A stretch of 64,000 nt of DNA, taken from Eledone cirrhosa (lineage: Eukaryota). The translations under genes and the position numbers were made by a program. Location: positions 181,412,001 to 181,476,000 of the forward strand of contig OZ024742.1 of NCBI GenBank assembly GCA_964016885.1. Direction: 5' to 3'. Position 1 is the stretch's first letter, and each line of letters begins with the position of its first letter. The notes beneath the pieces were generated by a model that was given only the letters and a program-made list of their open reading frames with translations, made no database searches and was not told where the DNA came from. Of the stretch, positions 1 to 12,120 are shown one piece after another.

Positions 1-260
1 CTCTCCCCACTCCACCCGCCACCACCCCTACTCACCCCACACCCTTCCACCACCTGTTTACTCCCCTTTTAATTTCAGTTTATTTTGATCATGCCTTTAT
101 TTTTAAATTTTCTCATTCCTTGTATTTTGATCATGCTTTATTTATTATTTATTATATTTTTTGTCTTTATTTGTTAATTTTTCATTCGCACCGTTTCCTT
201 TCGCTATATGTCTCTCCACCACTCCCCTACACACCTTTTGAACTCTGTTCCCACACACTT

Positions 261-322
261 CTCACCTGAAGAAGGGCTTATGCCCGAAACGTCGTCCCCC
301 ACCTACCCCCCACTCTCCTGAG
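261..322 (+). ncRNA. Minimal type I hammerhead ribozyme motif at a probable Penelope-like element 3' end
   Basis: CTGAAGA (266-272), A, stem II GGGC-TTAT-GCCC (274-285), GAAA (286-289), palindromic stem III ACGT, cleavage triplet GTC. Stem I is weak (AC/GT, possibly CTC/GAG). AATAAA follows at about 332, then (TA)n. The upstream C/T-rich sequence resembles the PLE 3' UTR at 58700-59870 in composition. Confidence 0.7.
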
Positions 323-381
323 CGTGAATTTAATAAACATTTATTGTACTGCCTCTCTGTTCTGTCCCTGTTCAATTTTTC

Positions 382-706
<325 letters not shown>

Positions 707-712
707 TCAAAT

Positions 713-1055
713 GGAGGCACATGGCTTAGTGGTTAGAGCATTGGCTTTGCAATTGAAAAGTTGTGAGTTCAATTCTCAGACCGGGTGATGTGTTGTTTCC
801 TTGAGCAAAACACTTTATTTCACATTGCAATAGTTTACTCAGCTGTAGAAATGAGATGATAGGGACTGGGGGGTCCATATCATTCCACTGCAAAGTGGTC
901 GTGGAGGTGCCACTGCAAAAAAGCACCCAGCACTCACTGTAAATGATGTTGGTGTTAGGAAGGGCATCCAGCTGTAGAAATCAAGCCAGAATCAGTTCCC
1001 ATCCCGCCCTTGCAAGCAGGGAAAAGCGGACATAAAATGATGATGATGATGATGA
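713..1055 (+). mobile_element. tRNA-derived SINE with RTE-like 3' tail
   Basis: A-box TGGCTTAGTGG, B-box GAGTTCAATTC, body TCCTTGAGCAAAACACTT, module GGTGTTAGGAAGGGCATCCAGCTGTAGAAA, and tail CCCTTGCAAGCAGGGAAAAGCGGAC..(ATG)n matching the RTE 3' termini in this window. A close copy lies at 9850-10186 (-). Confidence 0.85.
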
Positions 1056-1261
1056 TACATATTTATTTAGGTTTGAAGGTTCACCACTGGAGAGAGCTGA
1101 TCAATTTCATATGGTCAATCTTAATGTAATAATATGGAGAGTACTCAATGTAAAGCAGCTCAACCGTCTTCGTTTGTGTAGTTGGTGGTGCGAGTACGGA
1201 GTTAAATATTATAATAAAATAACAGGAGACTGGACTTGTGTAAATCCTTGAACGGTTTATT

Positions 1262-1319
1262 ATACTATGATCATTTCAATGACCGGGTTCCGTATGAATC
1301 CGGTGATATCATCAGGTAT
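1262..1319 (-). ncRNA. Type I hammerhead ribozyme motif
   Basis: Minus strand reads ATAC-CTGATGA-T-ATCACCGG..CCGGTCAT-T-GAAA-TGATCA-TA-GTAT, followed at once by AATAAA (TTTATT at 1256-1261). Stem I ATAC/GTAT, palindromic stem III. Confidence 0.8.
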
Positions 1320-1382
1320 TCGAAATATAATAAATGAATGTAACAGATAAAATCCATGGGGCTGAAAATCATAATTATATTA

Positions 1383-1560
1383 TTGGCAGTATCGGTGGAG
1401 GGTCGGACGGCAAGCTTTCCAGCATAGTTACGTCCCTTTACAATCTGAGTTCAAATCCCGCCGAGGTTGACTTTGCCTTTCATCCTTACGGGGTCGATAA
1501 AATAAAGTACCAGTAATGCACTGGGTAATTGCTGGCCTTGTGCCTAAAGTAGAAACAATT
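1383..1560 (+). mobile_element. tRNA-derived SINE, second family
   Basis: B-box GAGTTCAAATCC, body GACTTTGCCTTTCATCC..GTCGATAAAATAAAGTACCAG, end GCCTAAAGTAGAAAC. Near-identical to 40038-40212. Confidence 0.85.
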
Positions 1561-1590
1561 ATATTATATATATACATATATATACACATG

Positions 1591-1641
<51 letters not shown>

Positions 1642-2158
1642 CCTACCTTAACTACAGCCATACAGAACAGAATGAAATCCTCTAACCTACCCTCTCTCTG
1701 TTTATCTAATAACTTAAATACCTGTTTATCAAATTACATAACTACCTTCCTACTTACCCACCTTATCCAGTGACCTTATTACTTAGCTATATACATATAT
1801 ATATATATATTTAATACAGAAATGGCTTATATATATACATTGCCTACCTATATACCTAGCAACCAGCCTACCTAGAAATTGACTTATATACATACCTTCC
1901 TACCTACCAACTGACTTATATACCTATTTTCCTACCAACCAATTGACCTATATATACCTACCTTCCTACCTACCTATATACCAATATACTTACCTACCTA
2001 TACGATTAGGAGGTGAAATACATCTTCCTGTACAGTGTTGATTCAAACATTATGAGATATAAAAATGTTAACGCAGATTTGATATATTATTAGCAGAGGA
2101 AATTACAACTAATTACTAAAAATATCTTAATTAATTTTCATGCTGTGTTATAATTAAT

Positions 2159-2342
2159 TGTTTCTACTTTTGACACAAGGTCAGCAATTATCCCAGTGTA
2201 TTACTGGTACTTTATTTTATCGACCCCGTAAGGATGAAAGGCAAAGTTAACCTCGGTGGGATTTGAACTCAGACCATAAAGGGCCGTAACTCTGCAAAGC
2301 ATGGCATCCAACCCTCTACCGATACTGCCAATCCATCGCTCT
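2159..2342 (-). mobile_element. SINE (second family) with 19-bp target-site duplication
   Basis: Reverse complement of the 1383-1560 family, flanked by ATGCTGTGTTATAATTAAT at 2140-2158 and 2343-2361. Confidence 0.88.
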
Positions 2343-2399
2343 ATGCTGTGTTATAATTAATGATGTCTTAATTTACTATGAAGGTCACATATTATTTTG

Positions 2400-2750
2400 A
2401 TGGAGTTGATCATATAGCCAATGGACCACACCCACTGGAGGGAAACCACCACAAACACCACCACCACCACCACCTACCAGATGTATGTTCAGAGTAGGCC
2501 CACTCACATGGGCCATTCTCGTCGCATTCACCCACCTTTCAGCAAATGTACTGAGGGGAAGCACTTCTCTCTCCTCCTTCACCTTCCTTCCCAAGTGAAA
2601 TTTGAAAAAGTTGATGATGGATTGGCTGAAGAGAAAAGTGTCTGTCTTCAGTCCTTTCAGCCTGGTCCACCATACAAACTCTTTTGCTACTGCCACCAGA
2701 CAGAGGAAAATTGCCTGCCCTTCCTAACAACAACAATAGCTATAATGCAA
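2400..2750 (-). mobile_element. Tx1-clade LINE 3' fragment
   Basis: ORF 2385-2696 reads AVAKEFVWWTRLKGLK..FFKFHLGRKVKEER..FAERW, the C-terminus of an L1/Tx1-type ORF2. Paralogous to 24290-25010. Confidence 0.65.
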
Positions 2751-2756
2751 TAATAA

Positions 2757-4015
2757 CTGCATACATAGTCCTGGCATCCTTATTAGCCAGTGCTTCTCAC
2801 TTTATCCTGTAGGTCAAGCTGGATCTGTTAGTTTTGTGGCAGTCTCAGGTGATCAGTTGATAGATCAGCCCCTCTCTTAACATGAATATCTAGTGCAAAA
2901 TCAAAGAGATCAGAAACAATAACAAAATTTATTATTGATCTATCCCCCCCTCCATATACCATGTGTATTTATGGAGGTCTCTGTGCTGGAAGAAGGTGTT
3001 CATAATAGAGAGTCCATTGCTGGAATAGAAGTCTAGTAAGCATTTCCATTTAGATGGGGATCGCCATTCCTTCCATCCTCTCATATCCATGTCAAATGGT
3101 CAATGTTAAAATGTGCATTGAAGTTTCCCATTTGGATATATGACTCAGGCCTAACTACATGTAATGCTGTAGTAACTTCATCAAGGAATAATGTGTATTT
3201 GGACACTGATTGGCACATAACCTTGCACGATCCATTGAGGCATTTTTTTCAACTTAAACATCACAAGACAAATCTTCCATCCTAATGGGATCTAGTCTAT
3301 ATCCTATTGCGACAACCAGGGACCTGTGAGCATCGCCACTTCCACTCCCACCTGTGTAGTTATTTCTGGCACTAAACCTGAATAGTGGAGTTTCCATTCT
3401 ACATCCAAATCTACAGTACCAGACCCATTGAATTTTGTTGAGGAAAAACTGACTATATCTAGCTGGTAGCATCTGGCGTCCTCCACTAGTTCCTACTCCC
3501 TACCTGTACAGATCATAACTTTCAAGTTGTCAATTGTTAAGATTTGTTCCCTTCTGGATCCTCTTTGGGGTCTCAACATACACAATCTTTATGCAAAGGA
3601 CAGGTCTCAGGCCTATTGTTAGTTCTCACAGCATTGGATGGAGACTGCAATATATTTTTCAAACAGGCCCCTTTACCAAAAGCCTGAATGTGTCCTTTGT
3701 TACCTTGCGTAATAGACGATGTGGTATGAATTTTGTTATTGCACCCAGCCATATTGCAGTTTTTCTCTGGTAGTCTTATTCATACTAGTCACAAATTTAG
3801 TATTTTTCTCAGACCCATGAAGATTTGGGTTTTTTAGAGGTGGCTTTTACTTACCTCATTATGGCTACAGGACTAGGTTATGAAAATTTCTCCACCTTCT
3901 CTAAAAGTGTACTGCCATTAGTCTGGGTCTGCTTATTTTTCTGGCAGGAGCATGCTTATACCATAACTAATCATCATATCTGGTGGCTGTATCACAATCT
4001 GTCACCTACAATTTG
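2757..4015 (-). pseudogene. Decayed RTE/Expander-like LINE, inverted 5' half (APE endonuclease)
   Basis: Minus-strand motifs YQLDIVSFSSTKFNGSGT..WKLHYSG, NGLSIMNTFFQHRDLHKYTWY and LDIHVKRGADLSTDH, with many stops and frameshifts. Confidence 0.7.
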
Positions 4016-5450
4016 TTCTCTAGCAGAACAGCTCTGGCATGAATTCAGAGAACTCCCTGAATAAACTGAGAATGTTGAGATGGAGTGGAGAAAGTTCAGC
4101 TTGGCAGTTTTCTCTTCAGCTGTTGGTGTGGAGCCAGGTGGCGGGAAGACTTTTTGGTTCAATCAAAAGAAAAAGAAAAAAAAAAAGGCTCACAAAGCAT
4201 GGCTTTCAAATATGTCCTACGTTTTGCATTTGCGGTACAAACAGGTGTAAAAGGTTGCAGCAGAGACAGCAAAGGCATCCAAAGTCAAGACATTAGAGGA
4301 CTTTGGAGTTAAGCTGGAATCTAACTTTAAATCAGCAAACCATCATAAGAAGAAGTCCCCCTGCTAGGAGGAACATGCCTGGTGTTCTTGTCTCTTCAAA
4401 GAAATGCATCCTCTTCAGGTGTAGAGAATACTTTGAAATTGTTGTGACTGGATTTAGGAGATCACTCCTAAATCTGGTCACAATAATTTGTGATGTACAC
4501 GAGGTGCATCTTTGAGCAATGAGTAACCTTTTGGAGATTGAGATCTAAAGAGCAATTAACGAACTCAAATGTGGGAAAACTACTGGGGAGGATGAAATTT
4601 GGCCCAAGATGTTGAAAGCCTTAAATGAAAGGTATTCTCTGGGTGACTAGTGTGTGCTGAGTGGCCTGGATCTCTGGAAAGGCACTTAAGCAATAACCAT
4701 CAGGTGAGATAATCCTAATTTTCAAAATGGGAGACAAGAAAGGTTGCTGTAATTATAGAAAGATCTTATTTTAAGTCTCCCTAGTAAAGTCTATGTTGAG
4801 AGTCTGGCAAACACTGCAGCAGGTCTTTGATTCCCAACATGTGTACGCTCGTTTCATAGACCTTGAAAAGCATACAACTACATTCCATGGGACCTGTTGA
4901 GATCGATTCTGCAGGAGTATGGGATCGAAGTTTCTTGTTACCCTGATATCTGTCTCTATATGAATGCCCTAGTATTTATGTTCATATAAAAGATGTTAAA
5001 TCAAAACCATTCAATGGAGGAGTCAGATTCTTCCAAGGCTGCATACTGCCATCCCTTCTGTTCATAATCTTCATGAACAGGATTGACATGGTATCAGGAC
5101 TGGCAGGTGTATGATCATTCAGTAGGAATTTGCAAATTTGCAGATGACATGGTATTACTTAACTTGTTGGAAGGTGATCTCTGACTTGCACTTGATAAGT
5201 TTGCTGCTGAGAGCTGTATGATAGAAATGAATTTCAATGCTGCTAAGACTGAGACACTCATCTTTCCAAGGAAGCCTGTGCATTTCACTCTACACATGAA
5301 TGGATTGCCACTGAAGCAGGTGGAGAAGTTCAAGGATCTTGGGCTATTTTCACGAGTGATTGAAAGCATGAGGTTGAATTAAGTGCAACAATTGCAGAAG
5401 CTACTGCAATAATCTACCAGCTTCAGCTTGGTCATCAGAAGAAGGGATGT
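4016..5450 (+). pseudogene. Decayed RTE/Expander-like LINE, linker and RT
   Basis: Plus-strand remnants EFRELPE..EMEWRKF, REYFE, GEDEIWPKMLKALN, IFKMGDKKGCCNYRKI, FIDLEK, QGCILPSLLFIIFMNRI, FADDMV and KQVEKFKDLG. Confidence 0.75.
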
Positions 5451-6139
5451 AAGTGTAAAAGCATTTTACATTTAGCAGGGCCCACTCCCTCTTCATGTCT
5501 AAACACAACTGATTTAATCCAGAGAGACATAGAAACAGTAAGTAAGAGGGAGTGAAGAAGAGATATATTGGAAGAATTGCCCCACAAATACTAGACTGAT
5601 TCTTTTTTTTTTATTGAGCTTGAAAGACAGAGAGGTAAAGTTGGCCTCAGTGGATATAACTCAGTGTGCAGGAGCCAATATGTCTATGCAATGGCACACA
5701 GTTAGCAGTCAGGCAGATGCTGAACCATCTCCTAGAAGTCACTATTCTTGGAGGCAATCATCAAGGAGAAAATGCATTAGAAAATGCAACAGTATCAACA
5801 ATAACAGCAGCAGCAGGCTTTCAACTTTGGCCATACATATTCTTTCTGCTGTCTTTTTAGACATAGTATATCTAGGACTTCATCATCCAATGAGTAGTTG
5901 TTACACACTATCGGGGCTGATGTTTAGTTTATTAAAATTGATATTAAACCTTTCGCGATCATAATAGTGGAGACTTCTGGTGTCCTTGGCCCTAGAGCCA
6001 CCCCACTGTTCATCACCACCGGCATAGAGTTGGCTATCCGCAGGTGTGAGCCTTATGAGCTGGAATGGCTTACCATCCTCCGGGGAAATGCCTTCTCCAT
6101 TCTGTGACGATGAATGTTCCAGGTGTTCAATCACTGGAG

Positions 6140-6390
6140 CAGCTGCCTCATGAAATTAACATGCAATTGGATGAGAACTCCACATACTCCTGCACACTTA
6201 ACCTTGTTCTCAGGGAGATTCAAGGAGACAGTATATGACAAAGCTGGCACTTTGTATAACAGGCACAACCTATTTCTTCCAGCCACAAGGACTGGAGCAA
6301 AACGAAAATACAGTGTTTTCTTCAAGGGAATTAAACTCATGGCCTAAAGATCCTGAGCCAAACACTCTAACCACAAAGCTACATGCCTTC
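6140..6390 (-). mobile_element. Old tRNA-SINE copy
   Basis: ATGAAATTAACATGCAA..GTTCTCAGGGAGATTCA..GACTGGAGCAA..CTAACCAC. Same family as about 30130-30380. Confidence 0.6.
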
Positions 6391-6674
6391 ACCAATATAT
6401 ATTTTCTCCATGCTGTAAAAACATCTTGCTGTGTCTGATTTGAAAAGTAAAATATCTACATACATTTAGGACCAGGAAAAATATTCTTGGAACAAATTTC
6501 TCTTTAAAAAATAGTAATTAAAATGTTTAAATAAAAAAAAAAACATAAAACACTTGTTGAAAACTCTTTCATAAGGAAGAAAATTGTGGCCTGCTTGAGG
6601 AGAAAATCTTGAAAATTTTAGTAAAAATAATAAAATGTTTCAAATGGATACATGTTATCTACCATACACATATC

Positions 6675-6695
6675 TCTCTCTCAGAGAGAGAGAGT

Positions 6696-6767
<72 letters not shown>

Positions 6768-6833
6768 GTGTGTGTGCGTGTGTGGTATGTGTGTGGTGTG
6801 TGTAATATGTATATGTATATATGTGTGTGTATA
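6675..6833. repeat. (GA)n/(GT)n microsatellite
   Basis: Direct inspection. Confidence 0.95.
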
Positions 6834-6894
6834 TATGAATAAACAAAGTTAATTTTAACCTGTTGACTTACACTTCTTGTTTTATATATATATA

Positions 6895-7260
6895 TCATCA
6901 TCATTTAACGTCCATCTTCCACGCTAGCATGGGTGAGATGGTTATGTTCCATTTGATGTGGGATTGGTCAGGAGCATGTGTCTCCCTCAAACGGAAGTAT
7001 CTCTGGCAGGTTTTCTACGGCTGGATGCCCTCTCTAACACCAACCACATTTACAGTGTGGACTGGCAGCCTTTTTACCATGTCTCCTACACGACCACTTT
7101 ACAGTGTGGACTGGGTGCTATTTGTTGTGTCACCAACATAGTGGACGGAAATGGGGTAGGGTGTGCGCGGTGGTGTGTATATTCGGTTAAGAGGTGCCTG
7201 CTGACTGTAGTATGCAGGTTAGAGCACTTAACGAAATGTGCAGGTGAGTCTGTTTCCTCC
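6895..7260 (-). mobile_element. RTE/SINE 3' module with (ATG)n tail
   Basis: (CAT)n, TTTAACGTCC..CCACGCTAGCATGGGT, TTTCTACGGCTGGATGCCC and ~43-bp TTTACAGTGTGGACTGG units. Related to 18410-18790 and 20612-20960. Confidence 0.75.
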
Positions 7261-7324
7261 TGAGTAATTTAAACCAAGAAGTGTAAGTCAATAGGTTAAA
7301 TTTAACTTTATTTATTCATATTCA

Positions 7325-7363
7325 CTGCAATATATATTTCGGTGTTTTGACCTCATCAGGCAA
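7325..7363 (-). ncRNA. Minimal type I hammerhead ribozyme motif
   Basis: Minus strand reads TTGC-CTGATGA-GGT-CAAAAC-ACC-GAAA-TATATA-TT-GCAG, with AATAAA about 8 nt downstream. Confidence 0.78.
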
Positions 7364-8769
7364 CTAGAACAGGAAACACAGGTAAACATAATGGTGGAAT
7401 AGAATTTACGTTGTTAATTCATTGATATACCTATGTATGGAAAGAGGTGTTAATCCAAAACATTGTCAGCATACAAACTAAAATTAACGGACTCTGGCAT
7501 CAAACGGGTATACTTTCTGCTCATTGGTCAAAAACCCTTGTGATTGGTGAGTTACCTTTGAAGCAGATCAGCCTGCCATAGTTGGTTTTAACAGATATCT
7601 AATATCTGCAAGTAGTGGTGTTTTGGTCTAGTCAACCTATTTTACTAATGTACAAATGGTGGCAGGTGTGTAGGCAGGTCAGCAGCCATTACTCTTTAGC
7701 TGTAATATTCTAGCGTGTAACTGGATATGGATACAACTGACAGCTGGAGAGTTTATCAACATCATGGTAGTTAGAGTTATATGTGTAAGAATTTACAAGT
7801 GTTAAAAATTAAGAATTAATAGATATTAAACATTATAATCGATATCTTAAATATTTAGTATATATCCACATACATACATCTACAGATCCTCACCCGTACA
7901 TGCACATATATATACATGCTCACACACACACATCTATACATTCACATACAACTTTAAGCATATCTGTGCAGACATCTATACACACACACACAAAATATAC
8001 ACACACACAAAATATACACACACACACACACACAAAATATACACACACACACACACAGACATATGTGTACTCTTAGAAGGGGTCGGAAGATAAATAATAG
8101 GTGCCTCGTGATTATTTATCACCATTAGTACGGGCTTTTGTGTGCGAAAGGGGTTAGGTTTGAGGTAGCTTGTCCTTCGGAGAAGTGGATCGCTCCAGGA
8201 AGGGTGGGTGAGGATGGGGCATGGAGATCCCCAGTGTAGGACCCTGCCAATGTATATTATCTCGCTAATTAACTAGTGGCCGTTATACACATCATCATCA
8301 TCATCATTTTACGTCCGCTTTTCCCTGCTTGCAAGGGTTGGACTCGCAGTTGTTTTTGTGTGATTGCTTGATGACAATCGGGGGGTTCTCGCACATGGCC
8401 GCACCAGCCACCCCACTACCATGCGCAGCCCTAACATGGTTAGTGTTATTGCTGTTGACGCAGTTGTTGCAATTCTTGTTTGTTGCGCTCATAATTTTGA
8501 CATTTATTATACTGGTTGGATGCCCTTCCTAACACCAACACCACTTTACAGCATGGACTAGGTGCTTTTATTCATGCCACCAGCACTAGAGAGGTTGACT
8601 TACTGGACTCAGGGGCTCTCTTTACCCCTCCATTTTACAGCATGGACTAGGTGCTTTTATTCGTGCCACCAGCACTAGAGAGGTCGTCTTACTGCATTCA
8701 GGAGCCCTATCCACCCCTCCATTTTACAGCATGGACTGGGTGCTTTTATTCTATATATTACGTTTCTTG

Positions 8770-9500
8770 GATTGTGAAAATGGTGGTGTATACAAAAACC
8801 ATAACATTATTTTGCTTCTCATTTTTAATATTTCTCTGCACACAAGCTTCTTTATCATACATAAAAAATACTTTACCAATACAACCCCCATAATACTCTT
8901 GATTATCCGCTTAAAGTGCTTGTATTGAATATAACACCTTGCTGCACATTAATCTTATATAAATAAGACACACGTGCATGCGCCCCCCCCCCCCCCCCCG
9001 CGTGTAACTATTGCATACACTAACTACTTCAAACTATCCTCTTGCATTATCTTCATAAACTGCCGATGTTGTATTTTAACTTTAATTTTGTTTTAATTTT
9101 CTTTTAATATGATTTTAATTTTTGAATGTAAATTGCCATGCTAAAATATTATAATGGATGTCACCCCACTGTGCATCGATATATACATATGTTTCTGGAT
9201 GTCTCTTGTGTTGGAAAGGAGGTCATGTATGTAAACAATCATTGAAAAATTGCTCCGACGACTCCAAACCTCGGTTTGGACAAAACAATTGTAAGTTAAT
9301 AAATGGTTTGAACATGCGATTTCTATATAACTGCTCTGTAGAACAACTGATGTTATTACATTGAGCTATTTATCTTACTGGTAATAAGGTAGTAATAAAT
9401 TACTGTCTTTCACTGTTTAGGGTTTAAAATATATAACTATAAAAAGTTTTAGTATATACATAACCATTTATGGTTATGTATATACTAAAACTTAATACTA
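8770..9500 (+). mobile_element. PLE 3' UTR/pLTR fragment with degenerate hammerhead (9252-9296)
   Basis: Colinear homologue of about 62410-63060. Motif GCT-CCGACGA-C-TCCAAACC-TC-GGTTTGGA-C-AAAA-CAATTG-TA-AGT-T-AATAAA (G12 lost). Ends in (TA)n. Confidence 0.7.
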
Positions 9501-9529
9501 TATATATATATGTATAAATATATATATAT

Positions 9530-9562
<33 letters not shown>

Positions 9563-9745
9563 AATATATAAATATATATATCATCATCATCATCATCATC
9601 ATCATCATCGTTTAACGTCCCTGTTCCACGCTTGCATGGGTTTGGACGGGGGGTTTTCCCACTTGAGGCAAGAGTGGTTGTCTTGCTCGCATAGGACTGT
9701 CTGGCGGGTTTTCTACAGCTGGATGCCCTTCCTAACACCAACCAC

Positions 9746-9836
<91 letters not shown>

Positions 9837-9849
9837 CATTCATCATTCA

Positions 9850-10186
9850 TTTCATTTTACGTCCGCTTTACCCTGCTTGCAAGGGTGGGACGGGAACTGA
9901 TTCTGGCTTGATTTCTACAGCTGGATGCCCTTCCTAACACCAACCTCATTTACAGTGAGTGCTGGGTGCTTTTTTTTGCTGTGGGTACCTCCATGACCAC
10001 TTTGCAGTGGAATGATAGGGACTGGGACCTCAGTCCCTATCATCTCATTTCTACAGCTGAGTAAACTGGAGCAATGTGAAATAAAGTGTCTTGCTCAAGG
10101 AAACAACACATCACCCTGTCTGAGAATTGAACTCACAACCTTTCGATTGCAAGGCCAATGCTCTAACCACTAAGCCATGTGCCTCC
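9850..10186 (-). mobile_element. tRNA-derived SINE (same family as 713-1055)
   Basis: Full-length reverse-complement match including both Pol III boxes and the RTE-like tail. Confidence 0.85.
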
Positions 10187-11308
10187 ATATATATATATAT
10201 ATCATCAATTTATGTCCGCTTTTCCCTGCTTGCACCCTTATAAATGTGTACCTGTATAGGTGTGCATGAGCATCTGTATGAGAAGAACAGTTTGCATAAA
10301 TGTGTAAGTATGTGCATGCCCAGAAAATGGGTACATCAATGTCTATTTCCACATGGCATCTGTAGTCATGAAGGTTGCTGTTGTTTGCCATAGGTAGCAT
10401 TCAGAATGTCTAAATATTGTATCAACATTTTATATCACAGAGAGAGAGAGGACATTAAATGATATATATATATATAGAGAGAGAGAGAGATGATGATGAT
10501 GATGATATAAAATTGTACACATATATACACACAGAAAAAACGAATGTGTAAGTATATATGAAGAAAAAGTCAGATGTGAAACTGACAATCATAGAAACTA
10601 AAATGGTTGTTATTTTAATTAATAGTGATATGAGATAACGAGAAATTCAGTGTGACTATTTCACAACATATAGAGTATTATTCCAAAAGTATTGATTCTG
10701 TGAATGACAATGTAATTTAGAATAACTGAATATATATTGCTAAATAAGTACTTAGTTACAAAAGAATACAGTAGAGTATTTAATAACAAAAAAAAAAACG
10801 AAAATAACAATGAAGGGAGACAATTCTTTAAAAATAGCATCAACATATCTCAGACACAAACAAGAATAAAGAAGAAGTATCAACATGAAATATTGTTGCT
10901 CGAAATATAACATCATCATAATTTAACATCTGTTTTCCCTGCTAGCAAGTGTTATATATGTTATTACACACTGGTCAATACTAAAGCAGAGCCTCTGAAT
11001 TCCAAGTGGGCTAGGGACCTGGCATATGATCTACTGAGGGCATTTTATCCTGGTACCAATACTAGGGAAGTTGTTATGTCTTTGGGCATACCTGAAATGT
11101 CTTCCTAACCCTTTCTTTGGCAAGTTTTATATGACTGGACGCCTTTCCTATCACCAACCTCTTTACAGAAAGTACTGGATGATTTTTTTTATCAAGTAAA
11201 TCCCCAACACTAGGGAGGTTGTCATTTCTGTGGCACAGTTGAATAGTCCTTTTGACACTTTGTTTGGCAAGTTTTCTACAGTAAATAAAACAGACTAATA
11301 TATATATA

Positions 11309-11690
11309 ACCATATATACTTGAATATAAGCCAACCGAAATAGGCAAGCATCCAAACCCATTTATAAAGCTGAGGCAAGTAATCAACCCATTATGTGTAG
11401 ATTGGTGCAGTTTTGAAGTTCTAATATAAAGTTTTAATATTTGGATGTTTTAAAATGTTTTTTTTAGATTATAGTTTTCAAAGTCATATTCATTCAAAAC
11501 ATTAAAAACAATAGGAAATATGAAATTCATGCTGAAAGTGAAACCGGTATAATATTCATCGCCAAAGTCATAATACGTAGAATTTTGAAGTTGGTAAAAA
11601 TATTGACCTCAAATATAAGTCTACCTCCACAAGTTTTTACCATTGATATTTTTGTCACATCTTTCTTGGTTTATATAAGTATATATGGTA
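11309..11690. mobile_element. Non-autonomous Tc1/mariner (pogo/Tigger-like) MITE
   Basis: Imperfect TIRs ACCATATATACTTGAATATAAG ... TTATATAAGTATATATGGTA. The body matches 50321-50440 in inverted orientation. Confidence 0.6.
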
Positions 11691-11899
11691 TATTTACCAT
11701 ATTTCCTCGTGTATAAAGAGAAATTTTGAACTAAAATTATGGAGGAAAAAATGGAGGTTGGGTGTCATTTTATATACAAGTACACCATTTTAGAAATTTG
11801 TGCTGAATTTAAAAATACTTATTTTAAATGACAACATGGTAAATACATATTAATAACAATTATTTACAAATGGTATATAAGAGTGTTGGACAAAATTCT

Positions 11900-12120
11900 T
11901 TAACCATTTAGCATTTATATTACTCTATATTTAATATTGTATTTTCATGTTAAAGGCTCACATAATTATCTCACATCATATCGAAGCTACAGGATTTTGA
12001 TGTTATTTATTTTGAAAACAATATCTTAACATTGGTATGAGTGGCCAGTTATGGCTGGTTTGAACAGAAAGAGGTGAGAATTCTGGCTGGATATGGCCGG
12101 TTTAAATGCTAAAGAATTAA
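11900..12120. mobile_element. piggyBac-like MITE
   Basis: TTAA at both ends and TIRs TTAACCATTTAGCATTTA / TAAATGCTAAAGAATTAA. Confidence 0.6.

Noticed and set aside
713-790. tRNA gene
   Set aside because: A and B boxes are present but there is no complete cloverleaf, and the sequence continues into a SINE body and tail.
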